In this document: positions 1 to 17,764 of the stretch, one piece after another
Numbering within the stretch: position 1 is the first letter of the stretch
How the letters are laid out: every line of letters begins with the position of its first letter
DNA from: Octopus sinensis
Taxonomy: Eukaryota
NCBI RefSeq assembly: GCF_006345805.1
Contig: NC_043013.1
Span: 21,886,001-21,950,000 of the forward strand
Direction: 5' to 3'
DNA: 64,000 nt
Made by a program: the position numbers and the translations under genes
The notes under the pieces: model-generated
Told to the model about the DNA's origin: nothing
The model's database searches: none
What the model saw: only the letters and a program-made list of their open reading frames with translations

Positions 1-4216
<4,216 letters not shown>

Positions 4217-5040
4217 GAGCCGAACACAAAAGAATAGGGACAATACAACACAAAGGGACAAAAAGTAACGGAAAAAAAAAATGAACAATAAAAATTTCCC
4301 AAAAGGAGTTAGCTCCTCACAGGGACAACCGCAGACCCCCACACTACCTGGTTATTCTCTCTCCTTCTCGGCTCCTCCGGTTTACAAACGAAAGTTCACT
4401 GCAGGCCCCTCTCCTTCTCAGCTCCTCCGGTTTCCAAACGAAAGTTCACTGCAGGCCCCTTTACTCGGACCATCCTAATCACATACACCCACTTTTCATC
4501 AAACTTCCCTCTCTACCCTCACTTACCTTTTTAAGTGGAACTTGAAAAAGTCGATGAGAGTTTGGTTCAAGATGAAACATCTGTCTTCGGTCTGCTCAAT
4601 TTCGTCCACCTCCTTGGCCATAGCAACCAGACAGAGGAAAACTGTCTTTTCTTCCTGGCCAAAGGAAGGAAGGAAGGAGGGTGGCGATCTTCACGATGGA
4701 CTCAGATGATAACCGGATCTGTCCTACACGCGATAACAACCGTTTGACAAGGCTGCACAAGTCAGTAATACCCAGACACTGAATGAGTGCGTGCAGGACG
4801 GTTTCGCCGTTCTGCGCACACCTCGAACAAACCAGACTGACCGCACTTTCGTGTCTGCAGATATATATTGTTTGGAGCCGGCAGAGCTCCCCGATAGCAC
4901 ACCCAGGACATAGAATTTTGGAAATTGACCCATAAAGACAGAAGAGCTCTCTTGAGCTCTGACACATTTGAATAGGAACGTGCAGAAACACTGCTCTCTC
5001 AGATACCCCAAATTGCAAAGTCCATGGGATTGACGTCCAG
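4217..5040 (-). mobile_element. Tx1/L1-like LINE 3' fragment
   Basis: Translates to CSRCAQNGETVLHALIQC (CCHC); homologous to 24010-24480 and 29490-29760. Confidence 0.7.
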
Positions 5041-5044
5041 ACTT

Positions 5045-5970
5045 AGGAGAGGCCATATTTTCTTATCTCCAAAACCGTTGAAATGCTCTTTAAACCACCA
5101 CTGTATCAAATCGGATGTGTGGGCCGGAGCCCTGTCTAGAGTGAAGGCGTAACGGTCACCAAATGTTTCTGTGATCTAGGGTAACGCTATTTCATCGAAC
5201 ATTTCAAAATAAACTTCACTGTTATCCTTGACACCAAGAATCGATGAAGATCAATGAAGGCTTTGATCCATCTGATGTATTTGTAACCCACACTATGAGA
5301 GAATATGTCTTCTGATGGCGTATATGAATCCTGTTACCGTCGGGTAAGTCATTCTATTGGAAACTGCCTCTGCGGTGAATAGTTTCTCATCGGACGATAG
5401 CAGCACTTTGTTAGTGGCACGCTTCATCTCAGCTAACATAGTTTTACCCCTGTAAAGACGTTTCTTCTTGGATGTTGCTGAAATTGACCGCCTGGATTGT
5501 TTCTTTTTTGCAGCAAGTTTTAAATCCTCTTTAAAAATCCTGTTCATTGACGATTTCGAAATATTAAGAGAGCTTTTGCAGCTTTTCTTGCATCCTGCGG
5601 GGATTTCCGTTCATTCGTTTCTTCACAGCGTCAACATTTCAATTGTGCGCTACCTACCAGGAATTGGCTTGCTAGAGGTTGTAGTGGACTCCATATATTG
5701 TTTCCAGGTATTGAACACTGTTTACGACGCACATTCAACCGTTTTGTTATGTCATCGTTGCTCACTCTAGCTGCTCTCAAAGCGACAATCTGGTCATGTT
5801 TTTACTTTCGACGCCATGTTTGTTTGCAAACCGGTTTTAGACGAACGAAACAATAGACACATGAACAAAAGACATAAGCAAATATTTACGTTAAATGTAG
5901 ATATTACCTGAACCGATATTCTTTGGGAAGAGTTTTACACGGGTAAATCTTTCTGGGGCACTCTGGACAT
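5045..5970 (-). mobile_element. Degenerate Tc1/mariner-superfamily transposase (maT/DD37D-like)
   Basis: Motifs VLLSSDEKLFT, LIVWV and FTLDRAPAHTS...WP, with stops and frameshifts; inverted partial copy at 28850-29490. Confidence 0.7.
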
Positions 5971-5974
5971 GAAT

Positions 5975-6215
5975 GACAGATATAGAACAGAAAGAGAAGA
6001 GCGAGAGGGGGGGGAGAGAGAATGAATGAGGGAGAGAGAAAGAGAAAGAAAGAGAGAGAGAGAAAGAGAAGAGATATAGAAAATGAGAGAGAGAGATATA
6101 GAAAAGAAAGAGAAGAGAGAGAATGGGGAGGGGAGAGAGAATGAAAGAGGGAGAGAGAAAGAGAAAGAAAGAGAAGAAGAGATATAGAAAAAGGGAGAAA
6201 GAGAGAGAGAAATAT
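5975..6215. repeat. GA-rich low-complexity repeat
   Basis: Imperfect (GA)n / GAAA tracts. Confidence 0.9.
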
Positions 6216-6807
6216 AGAGTGTTACTCAGGATTGTGGGCAAAACTGATTTGATCCAGTTTGAGGGTTTTCATTCATTTGTGAGTAAGTTACCCTACTTTT
6301 TCCCATTTTCTTTGATTTATATTTTAAAACATAAAATATGTTTTACACATTCAGTTAAGCAACTTGTGTAATTAGTGTGCGTAATATTAAAAACTACTGT
6401 TTTATTGTAAGATCTCTTTTCGTCTCCCTCACAAACTGATGTCATCCATACACAAATATTACACTCCAGACATGCATTATTTTCATCAAATATATTTAGA
6501 ATATTCTCTGAGAGTCACATGACAAAACGGTCTTATAAAACTTTACATTTTCTCTTCCCCCCTCGGTAATCTTGTGTCTCAATCCGTTTCTAAATTTTCT
6601 GCTAAACACATCATTAAAACTTTATTAAAATTTTAATTCTCCGGAATGAAACTCTACAAAAATTATTTTCCAACACACGCTAATCTACATCGACCAGAGA
6701 AATCGCAGACAATTTTCAAATGCCGACAGTATTGTCACTCTTTGGACTAAAACATAGAATACAAGTCAAGGAATGAAATAAACACAAGAAGATTCAAATT
6801 TGTTTAC

Positions 6808-7065
6808 CGTCTCCATACTTGGTCGGCACAGATCTTCTCAACTGATAAAAACGGGTATTAGTTATTTTTATTAGCATCCTCTCTGTTGAGTCTTCTTCGT
6901 ATAAAATACAGCTTGGACTTATCATTCTGCTCACGAAGGATTTACATGCAGAAGTTTCAAAACAACTCTTCGAACAGTTGAAGGCATCCACGTCAAATGT
7001 CATCAATGTTTTGGCATCTTTCAGAGCACAGTTTGGTACTTTCATAAAATACTTCAGATATTCAA
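6808..7065 (-). CDS. Paralog A PAN domain 1 exon (258 bp)
   Basis: ttacag acceptor, G|gtaaac donor, open frame, same length in all three copies. Confidence 0.85.
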
Positions 7066-8925
7066 CTGTAACAAAGCCAGGCAAATTAAACAACCAAAAT
7101 ACGAAGACGAAAATTAAATATTGTGAAAATAGATAATAATAAATAAATAGAATATTAAATGTTTGAGGATCAGCATTGATATTTTTACCAGGAAGAAGTG
7201 ATAGAGTTGTTACTACCATATTGTAGGTACAAAGATCTTGGGATATATAATCTGTTTAATGAAAATGACTGCGAATGAGTCTTAAATGTTGTTTAATTAA
7301 TTCTATTATTTAAATGATTCACATATTATATACTATAATGTTTAACGGTTGTTTTTTGTAAAGAATGTCCCCTGATACCAGCCCTTTGTTTTATTTAACA
7401 AAATGCTTACAAACTGACAGAATACTGAATTATCACCAATGGAAATTATGTTAAGACGTGAATTCGTCATAATACGTGTTTTATCTTGAGTTTTCTTTTC
7501 ATCAAATTTACTTAGAGAAGGATAAGTTTTAAGTAGTGATTTTCATAATTTTCATAGATATATATCTATATATTGATAAAAATTTACTTACGTCCATTTC
7601 CAAATGTCAGTGAGATGTAGAAGAGAACTGCAATGAAAATTTATTTTGGAAAAAAATTGAATATTTCATATCCACGTTTAACATTAATTTACAAAGAATG
7701 AAGATGAAAGGAATAAGAAAGAAAAGTGCTACAAGCATAATTCAGTAGCAAATACGGCGATGACCACCACTACATCACCATAAAATTACCCATTGAAATA
7801 ATGAGGGAGAGCGACAAATTGGAGAGGGACAGAAAGAGAGGGAACAGAAGAGAGAGGGATAAGAGGGTTGAGGGTGAGATAAAAAGAGAGAGGAGCAAAA
7901 ATAGAAAAAGAGGAAGAAAGAAAAAGAAATGTTATTTGTTTCAAACGAGATCAGAAGCATCAGTATTTCTTGGAAGAGAACATTCTAGACACTTCAGAGA
8001 CTTTAGTGAAAGTATTACGTATAACTTGTTCGTAGAATTAACCACCTTTTATAAAGGCGAGTCACCACTTTTATAACGGGTTGATTCTATCTTATTTACA
8101 GAGTGATTATTGTCCTGAGTAGACTTTTCTAAGTCCACGTCGGCTTGTCACCAATATATAAGGTTGTGTTGGATTATCTGGTGTAGAATGTTTTTGACTT
8201 GGAAAAGATAATAAATATAGATGTTTACTGAGTAGAAATCTATAGTGATAAACCGGTCACTTATAACTTAACTATAAGTGTTACCACTATACATAAATCT
8301 TAACTCAGGCTGCGTAAACACCGTGATGAATTATACACCAAGACGCTGAAACGTACATGTTGAAAGGTCACCGCTATAATAACAGTTTCATGGATACAGA
8401 AATAAATCTCATTAACAGGTTGAAGAAAATGAAGAAAGAGAAATTATTTACTAAATTAGTTTAATTACGTACATTTAATATTTATGGTACATTTAGAAGT
8501 CAAAGAAAATTGTCGTAGAGAGTTACGACATAAAATTTATATTAACTAATTCTTCCATACTAAACAAACAGAGTTTTACACAACGATTCAAAATAGTCTT
8601 GTTGGATTTAAGTAATAGAGATGGCATAAAAATAGCCAATATCTCAAGAGAGTGAGTGTCGTGGAAATGAGTGACAACCAACGAACACTGATTAATTTTG
8701 ATCTCACTGGACAAGGGATAGGCATAGTTCAGAAGGTTTAGGTCATGTTAATATTCACCCATTTTATATATATATATATATATATAAGCTGTATTTTAGC
8801 TGATGAGTACGGGACACTTTTATCTGCTGCAATTTTTGCAATTTGTAATAAAGCCTGTCTTTGTATGAAACAATTGTACTAAATACTAATCCATTCTTGT
8901 TGTTTCTTTCTCGTGTATATATATA

Positions 8926-8975
<50 letters not shown>

Positions 8976-10935
8976 GTATATATAAGCATGTATGTATGTA
9001 TGTATGTGTGTATGTGTATATGTATGAATGTATGTATACATACACATATGTATATTCATTTTAATATATATGTATACTCATGTGTATATATATGTGCATA
9101 CATATAAAAACACACATACACATACATAGATGTATAATTGCATAAGTTGGTGTAACAAGAAGGAATACGAAGGAACATTTATTTGTATACCCTAAAATTG
9201 TTTCCACGCACCGCAGTCTTTCATTTTGGCAGGAATTTGGTTACGCAAACGTTTCTCTTCATTAAGAATTCTTGTTGCGTCAACGGGTCGTCTGCATGTA
9301 ACATTATTAAGATATAGTCACATGACAATCGTTCCCTGTGATACTCAGTGGTGAATAAAATATTGATTAATTGGTATAAACTGGTGTTAATAAAGGAGTA
9401 TTGGGGCAAAGGAACATGTTAATTATCTATTAAGTAAATTATAATCTAAGCAAGTTTTTTTATAAGTAATGAATATACCAGTATAGTATGAATTTATAGA
9501 GATACAAAACTTAGAATTAGTTTTATAAATAAAGGCTAATTATAAAATGATAAAGAAATACAATAAAATGATCAGGTAGGGCAGAACACCATAGAAAAGG
9601 AAATAAAATAACTTAATTACCAATACTATGGTAACGCATATGTAGCTTATTAACACAAATAGAAATGATTTTTAGAAAAAGTATAATACTTCAAAATATA
9701 TTAGACTAAAAGTTATATATTTACTTATTTAGCTAATATCAATAAAAGACTGATGTTTGATGTCAGCTAAAGGAATATTTAAGTTACGGAACAATCATAT
9801 TTTATACTAATCTTTTTTTTTACAATTAAGAGTCATATCAAAGATTTAAGAAGTTAATATTGTTACTCCCTACATGATATTTATAGTTTCTTAGTTGTAC
9901 TTGTTTAGAAGGGTTATTTAAATAAAGGCCCTTGTCAATACTAAGATCAGGGGGATAGAGCCATTTAAGAAAGAGATAAATCAAGTAATTTCTAAGGATC
10001 ATTTCAAACAATATTGTCTTATTGTATAAAGTTAAAATTTAGGGTAATCAAGATTATTAAGAATGAAAATTTAACATAAGGATAAAACTTCTTTGAATAT
10101 TTAGAGTACCATAAATCCTCGACTATATTCCACCCTTGAGTATAACACGCAGGGGATTTGGGGGGGGGGGGGCTGTACCTCTGAAAAACCTAAACCTTGT
10201 GTATAATATGCACTCCTTCTCTAACTTGAGTCAAGGAGGTCTATATAACGTCCCTGGTTTGTAAAAATGTATACGGTAACGTCCTTTATTATTATGTATA
10301 TATAACATAGTGGGAACGTGTAGCATTTTTGTGCATTTTGTTTGCAGAAAATAAAGAAATAACAGTAATAACGTTTAATAAATGTTGCTTACTGCAAGTT
10401 ATGGATGATTCTTTTATGACTTCATTGCTTTCATGTTTAGCTTAACGTATTTTCACGCCCGACATCACAAAATAGGTCTGAATAAACATAGCCAGACAGC
10501 AAATAAGGCCTAGGACATAGCTTAGAAAATAATTTTCATTTTTAACCTCGTATATAGTACGCACTAGGTATTTTGACCTTTAAATTTTAGGAAAAATGCG
10601 GATTATACTCGAGAATTTATGGTATATACCAAAGTTTTACCACAATAGAAGGAGGAAAAGAAAATTGCATTACTTTTGATTATCCTTGTTGCTTATTTTG
10701 ATTTTAATCACCTTACTTTGAAATTGTATGGATAATACCGTACTAAATTCTGGTCCCTCAACTTAAGTACCGTATTCATGTGAATCTAAATTTTTACTGA
10801 ACTCATATATATATAAAGTGTGTTCTTGTAGGGTCTCAGTCGTGATGGGTAAACTCTTAAAAATTAAAAGCATATATTAATTATACAATAAAACATTTAC
10901 TTACAAATAATTTGAAGATAATTCCTCCCCAACAT
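6808..10935 (-). CDS. Secreted multi-PAN/Apple-domain protein, paralog A (5' part: exons 10935-10905, 7627-7592, putative 7251-7189, 7065-6808; downstream exons presumably left of the window)
   Basis: All junctions are GT-AG and phase 1. Spliced translation: MLGRNYLQIIFLFYISLTFGNG(HYISQDLCTYNMVVTTLSLLP)VEYLKYFMKVPNCALKDAKTLMTFDVDAFNCSKSCFETSACKSFVSRMISPSCILYEEDS... The hydrophobic N-terminus looks like a signal peptide, and C-x3-C-x5-C-x-S-F...C-x-L is the PAN/Apple pattern. Confidence 0.75.
10107..10624. mobile_element. MITE / non-autonomous Tc1-mariner/pogo-type DNA transposon
   Basis: Terminal inverted repeats TACCATAAATCCTCGACTATA ... TATACTCGAGAATTTATGGTA; also in copy C at 58866-59377. 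Confidence 0.7.
10905..10935 (-). CDS. Paralog A first coding exon (MLGRNYLQII)
   Basis: ATG followed by T|gtaagt donor; joins exon 2 in frame to give a signal peptide; conserved in copy C. Confidence 0.65.
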
Positions 10936-11165
10936 CCTTTCTGTTTTCTAGGTAGAAAAGGCTGTCATGAACGAGATGTTACTTGTTTGAATTTATCCTT
11001 TTAATGAAGGATAATCACTATATGAACTTCGTATCGATTTATCGCTATTAGTTGGCATTGTATTCCACAACTGAAGTGTTTGTATCTATTCAATACATTT
11101 TATAAAGATACTCCGGGTGAAAAGATATTGACGTAACGCTTGACATGACATAAGATCACCAGATG

Positions 11166-11167
<2 letters not shown>

Positions 11168-11259
<92 letters not shown>

Positions 11260-11268
11260 GTGTGTGTG

Positions 11269-11343
<75 letters not shown>

Positions 11344-11376
11344 GTGTGTTTATGTGTGTCTGTGTATGTGTGTGTG
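11168..11376. repeat. (CA)n/(TA)n/(TG)n compound microsatellite
   Basis: Direct inspection. Confidence 0.95.
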
Positions 11377-12407
11377 CCTTTGCACAATGAAAGCAACCAT
11401 TAATAAATTTCGCATCTAAAGACTTTGCCGTTTTTCATTCTTTTAAAAATTCCAATAATTCTTAAATGTGACATCTCCCGTTGTGAGTTGAAACTAAAGG
11501 GTCGCACTCATTTATAAAGTATATTTCCACTTGCGTTATTTAAACGATGACAGCTATTTCATGCCAACTTCTATCGTGCAACATCAGCTGTTTTAAGATC
11601 GTGAAAAAATGCGAGCTCCTTCAACAGGTAACAATAACAATCTCAGATAAAATATTTCTTCTTGCTTTGGACTTGGAAACTAAAGTCTTGAAATAATTCT
11701 CTCTTCCCATCTCTCGTGTAGTTTCCAAACAGTCATCCCTTTGTCACACACATAATGATAAGGAATATCAATATGCAACCGGCGTCTTGTTATTTTGTAT
11801 CATTTACTAAGGACAAACCACGATGGTAGAGGCGTGTTACAACGGGCAGCTCTTCTCTCTCTCTAACGCTTCTTTCTCATTACTTTCTCTGTAAAAGAAA
11901 GATTCTTGCTGTTGCACTGGCAGCGAGTATATTAGCATGGGGTCTGTTATATATTTTCATCATGTACAACTTCAACGTCCATCTTCCTTTTACTTATATT
12001 AAATTTAATGTTTTTGTAGCCTTTATAGAGTTACTTGAATATGTATTTCATTGAGTTGGTAGTCGGACATATTTGCATATTTACATGCGCTTTGAAAGTA
12101 CGACAGTGGTCCTTTCTATTGGGGACTACACACCTATTATTAACTTTATTAACTTGTATTGTCCCACCTTGGCGTCACCTGTAGCATGGATAACCATTGT
12201 CATTTGCTCATGTTTCTTCAAGAAATTCGCTAGGAATCTTCTTTGACAGTGTCCGTTCACCATGCAACATCCTCTCAGGTGTCTTTCACTCTCAGGCCCA
12301 TGTTTCTTGCGTGTTGTTTTAGAATATCATGAAACAAATGCTCAGTTTCTACGACAGAAACTTCGCTGCTGCAAACAATCTGATCTATTTGCAACGAGTC
12401 CTCTGCA

Positions 12408-12870
12408 TGTAATATTATTTTATGTCCTTGTGTTCGATATATAATTTAACAACTTCTCCCTACTATTACTATTACCTGAGATTCAACGCTCTCAATCACG
12501 GCTCACAGTGAACTGCTTACCAACTTGACCTGCCAATCGGTACACTCAATTAAGGACGTAATAATCTAATTTATTCGAGTACATATTTTACGTGTTCTAC
12601 GTGTTCATATCTGGATTTGTTTTTCTAAGGAGTGTATTATCCAGATATGGAATTTCAAATTCACAATCCGCTAATTTTGCATCCAAATTATGTTGAAAAA
12701 TCGCTGGTGCGACTTTTAAGCCAAATTGTAACCTGTTGTATTTATACAGTCTTTCCTGTGTGTTAATTGTTATGCATTTAGAGCATTCATCGTCTACTCT
12801 AATTGTAGGTACGCGTCAGAGAGATCCAATTTAGAAAAAATCTTGACAATTTTTAATTTCGCAAAAATAT
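12408..12870 (-). mobile_element. Gypsy remnant (partial LTR + RT fragment), deleted relative to 61302-62340
   Basis: RT-like FSKLDLSD..YNRLQFGLKVAPAIFQ..YLDN; homologous to 62010-62340. Confidence 0.7.
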
Positions 12871-13008
12871 CCTCTGTAGAAAGTAACGGATTGTGGCACG
12901 TTTTAAAACATTCGTTTAAAACAGTGCAAAAATCAGCACACACCTTGATTTTATTATTGGTTTTCTTTTGTCGCGAAAGAGAATTCTAAATAAAATGAAT
13001 GTGGACAC

Positions 13009-13042
<34 letters not shown>

Positions 13043-14430
13043 CTAATGACCGTGAGGGATATTATTCTTTTTTCTGTTGCTGTATCAGTCAGATAAATTC
13101 CTATTAAACTGACGTGGTTTTAGAACTTATAAAGAAATCAATAGGGGATCCGAACGAAGGGACACTATAAGCAGTGTAGAAAGGGATGTTCAGCATTCTA
13201 ACACATTGGTAATCAACGGTAAATGATGATATCAGCAATTTAAACAATTTCACTTTCTCTTGCACACTCTCAGAAATTAACAATGTTAATTACAAAGTAG
13301 AAATCTTACTAACATAGAACTGACGATAAGAATTTGAAGTTAAAACTACAAAATGGTCACTTTACGCGATGATTCAAGTAATATACAACTTATTTGGACG
13401 TGGATAAAGTTTGGAGAAGAATTATGAAAATACATTTGATATGATGATTAAATGGATCTCCGTTGATTTCGACGATGAATTCGATCCTCAGGACAACTTA
13501 CTCATTGAATTAGTGTACAAGTCGCAGAACATTCTATTGATAGGTGTACACTTAACGTAATTCTCAGATAGACCAGACTGAGACAATGCGACACGGTCTC
13601 ACCTTTAAATTACAACTGTTATCAACTGGACGGGATTTCTACACAGTTTCTCCGTAATTTCACTTACAAAGCTTTGGTCGACTCGAGTCTGTTGAGCGCT
13701 GGGCCACTTACACATTAATTTCAGGAGTAGGCTGTTCTTTTGATTGGATCAACTGGAACCCTGGAAAGTTAAGTATCAGTCAATGGAATTTGTAGAAAAT
13801 GCGAATGAAATTGCAGTCGAAGAATAAGAACTGTAGCTCCTGCAATGATTGGTAGATCGATTTTAATTCATTTTGTATCGATAAAACTTATATACCACAT
13901 TTGAAAGGGATCACAAACATTAGTGTGCAACTGGTTTGATGTTGCGCATTTTGTAGTCCTGAATAATTGATTTGTGCAGTGGCTTTCTACTCTCTTTTAA
14001 CTGTTTGTGGATCTTTGTACGTATGTATGTATGTATGTATGTATGTATGTATGCATGTATGTAAGTACGTATGTATGTTTGTGTGATGTATGTATGTATG
14101 TAAGTATGTATGATGTATGTATGTATGTATGTATGTATGTATGTATGTATGATGTATGTATGTAAGTGTATGTAAGTTTTTAAGTGTAAAGTGAGAACTA
14201 GAAGAATTGGTGGAATGTTGGATAAACTGAGTTCCATTCTTCTGTTTTATTATTATTTTACTTGTTTCATTCATTAGATTGCAGCCATGCTGGGGCACCG
14301 CCTTGAGGAATTTTCGCCGAACTGACTACAGTACTGATCTTCAAGCCTGAAACATATTCTATTGGACTGTTTTGCCGAATCGCTAAGTTACTAGGCCAAT
14401 CGCTAGTGGGAGACAACCACAGACACAAAG

Positions 14431-14486
<56 letters not shown>

Positions 14487-14529
14487 CTATTAAATAAACT
14501 GGACATGGGGATCATTGTATTCTTTCTTT

Positions 14530-15160
14530 CTCGAGATTCTCAGCCAAACGGCTGGGTGGATTCGCGTATTATAAGACTCTATTAGTACTGTATCTGTCAA
14601 GCACGCAGTGACCGACAATAGAATGCTATAGTCGAGTCTACTGGGTGTATGACAATATATACTTAGGATGCGAATGAACGTGTAAGGGTCCCGTGGCCGT
14701 TTGCGTGGTGATCGCGTCTTATCGATAATTTTTTATTCAATCAACCAATGAGCGATAGTTTGGCATGCAGCTGTCTTCGAGAATTTTTTTCTTACTCATT
14801 TTCGCCTTCTCGCTTTGCATGGTACGTCGTTTTAAATTTTGCTCATGATTTTCTAAAAATCAATATTATTGATAATTTTTAAAATGCATTTCTTTATAGT
14901 ACAAAAATGGCGACACAGCAGCCAAAACTCGTAAAAAATAGGGATTTTCATAGAAAAAACGCACCTTTTTAAGTAAATAATTTTTGGTCTTAACATGGTC
15001 TGATTTGAAATTTTCTTCTACTGAAGGAAGGGCAAGCCTTCTTCTATCATACTCTCAATTTTGGTCAACTTGCGCCTCAGGGTCTCGGAGGAGATAGTGT
15101 TAGTTGAAGGCTACCTAACCTGCCATACACAGACAACTTCAGCTTTATATATATAGAATA
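14530..15160. mobile_element. Unclassified interspersed repeat, possibly a Helitron/Helentron-type non-autonomous element
   Basis: Element-like end (ACAGACAACTTCAGCTTTATATATATAG); no coding evidence. Confidence 0.3.
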
Positions 15161-15937
15161 TTACAAGCGTTACCTTAGAAAGTACGAAACTAGAACTGAA
15201 AAATGCGAACGCTCAAAAGGCTTGCAGAATGTTATAATAAACCTTTAGAAAGTATAGGAGTAGCATTCTTACTCAAAAATATTGGAATCACTATATATTG
15301 TACATTCTGTGGCATCGAAATTAAGTTATATTAAAAGTTAATTAAGTTAGATTATCGTATATTCACTTTTAACAAAACTTTTGTGAACAAATACATCTTT
15401 AGGCGATAATTCAATCTACCAATGATAATTTATATAAATTTACAAGTAATGAATCAAAAATAATTTAGTAGTAATTTGTTTAATTCGCATAACGATTCCA
15501 TTAATATGTGTATCATAAGGCAAATTCTCTTTGCATATAATTATTTATGGTTTATTACTTTCGCTGTTATATAGATTCGACTTCATCATAAATCCAGCTT
15601 CTTTTATTATCATGGAAATTTGCATGCAGTGTGAAATATGTTTTTATTTATTTTGGTATCAAAGTATTCAAATGAATTTACTTATTTGAAGTTAAAGATC
15701 ATATTTTGTACATTTCCAGATTTTTTTTTATTTTATTAAGAACTCGGTTTAATAATTATCGTGACATCGTAAGTCACACATAAGTCCCTTTTCGTTTTAA
15801 AATGCCGTACAATGTACAATATATAGTGATTCCAATAATTTTGAGCAACAATGCTATTCCCATACCTTTAAAGGTTTATCATAACATTCTGTAACCCTTT
15901 TGAACGAGCGAATTTTTCCGTTTTAGTATATGAATAA

Positions 15938-16540
15938 GGCGGCGAGCCGGCAGATTCGTTAGCACGCCAGGCGGAATGCGTAGCTGTATTTCGTCTGCCG
16001 TAACGTTCTGAGTTCAAATTCCGCCGAGGTCGACTTTGCCTTTCATCCTTTCGGGGTCGATTAAATAAGTACTAGTCACGCACTGGGGTCGATATAATCG
16101 ACTTAATCCATTTGCCTGTCCTTGTTTGTCCTCTCTGTGTTTAGCCCCTTGTAGGTAGTAAAGAAATAGGTATTTCGTCTGCCGTTACGCTCTGAGTTCA
16201 AATTCAGCCGAGGTCGACTTTGTCTTTCATCATATCGGGGTCGATGAATCAAGTACCAGTTACGCACTGGTGTCGATATAATCGACTTAACCCGTCCGTT
16301 TGTCTGTCCTTCTTTGTCCTCTCTGTGTTTAGCCCCTTGTGGGTAGAAAAGAAATAGGTATTTCGTCTGCCGTTGGGTTCTGAGTTCAAATTCCGCCGAG
16401 GTCGACTTTACCTTTCATCCTTCCCTGGTCGATAAATTAAGTCCCAGTTGCGCACTGTGGTCGATCTAATGAACTGTTCCCCCCCCCCCCCAACACCACC
16501 ACCACAAAATTTTGGGCCTTGTTCCTAGAGTAGAAAAGGA
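15938..16540 (+). mobile_element. tRNA-derived SINE with a tandem triplication of about 185 bp
   Basis: Box-B-like GAGTTCAAATTCC; units starting GTATTTCGTCTGCCGT at about 15986, 16170 and 16358; related copies at 20880-21090 and 39520-39750. Confidence 0.8.
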
Positions 16541-17588
16541 TTCTTGTATATGAATGTGTGTATGCACGAATGTTTGTCTGTACCTAGAGTATGTATGCGT
16601 GACTGAAAAAATGAAAGCATCTGTTTCACTTCCGGTCAGGGAAACCCCATAAGATATTTGATTCAAGTTATTAATCAGAAAGAGTTAAAAGAAACAATCA
16701 AATTCAATTTATCGCCTGCTAAAAATAATTTTATATTGAAGTATATTTAAATAGGAACAGAGGAGAAGGGAGCTGAATACGACGACTTTAATATTTTTGA
16801 TAAAATCACCACCAATTGAGAACCGATTTTGGATAAATATCTTGGTCTTCCATAATAATTCCATTCAAATTTCGGGCCCTCTAAATGAATATTAAAGTGA
16901 ATTCGAGGAAGAATGAAATAGCAAATTTGATTTGAGTGGGATATGAACTTAAGATGGGAAGGATCGTAACTAAATACTGGATGCGATTTTGTCTCTCACT
17001 TTATTGATTCTGCCTATCCTTGAACGAAATCGAACATCTTAAACTGAAACATGTTTGTAAGATGAAAAGGAAAAACCCTGCCTATTTGCATGTTAATAAT
17101 TCATCGGCCGATCAATTTCATATTTTTGCATTCGTTCAATAGTTTAATGATTTCTAACTTTGAGCCAAGGACACGTATTTGTAGGGAAGGTGTCCAGAAC
17201 ATTAAAAAAATTCAAGCAAGCAACCCACAAGGACTCAAACCACAGGCTTGTTGACAAATAGTTCTCTGTCAAAATCCAAACAATGAGGTTTAGAAGGTAA
17301 TAAGTGAATATAAACAGGTGCATACAGGCTACACTTACAAATAAAAACTATGATCACAAGAAATGGCTTCAAAATGTAAATAAATAAATACGAGTTTGAA
17401 ACGTGACGACGCGATCGATAATGTTGTTTTTCGACACTTGGCGTTATCTGTATTATTCTGTTGTTTTATATCTAAGGGTGTAACTTAGGAACCAATTCGA
17501 CATAATCTGTTAGAGATAGAATAAGGATATTTATATTGTTCAAAAGATAAAGTCAGACAATGAAATAGTTGATATTAATATGATATGG

Positions 17589-17589
<1 letters not shown>

Positions 17590-17659
<70 letters not shown>

Positions 17660-17707
17660 GTCAATCTACCTAAACACACATACACACAAACGTACATACA
17701 TAAATAT

Positions 17708-17752
<45 letters not shown>
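17590..17752. repeat. (TCTA)n + (CA)n + (TA)n microsatellites
   Basis: Direct inspection. Confidence 0.95.
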
Positions 17753-17755
<3 letters not shown>

Positions 17756-17764
17756 CAAAACAAA

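Noticed and set aside
6794-7219. 141-aa single-exon ORF with an apparent transmembrane segment (also 27703-28128)
   Set aside because: The hydrophobic stretch is the T-rich intron between GT and AG sites. The ORF start is broken in copy C, and the spliced model explains the sequence better.
15986-16540. CRISPR-like or tRNA array
   Set aside because: The units repeat along their whole length with no unique spacers; they are SINE-derived in a eukaryotic context.
17339-17375. Minus-strand exon-1-like segment (ILKPFLVIIVFI + T|gtaagt)
   Set aside because: Right phase and hydrophobic, but no ATG nearby and no clear homology to the real exon 1; may be chance in AT-rich DNA.
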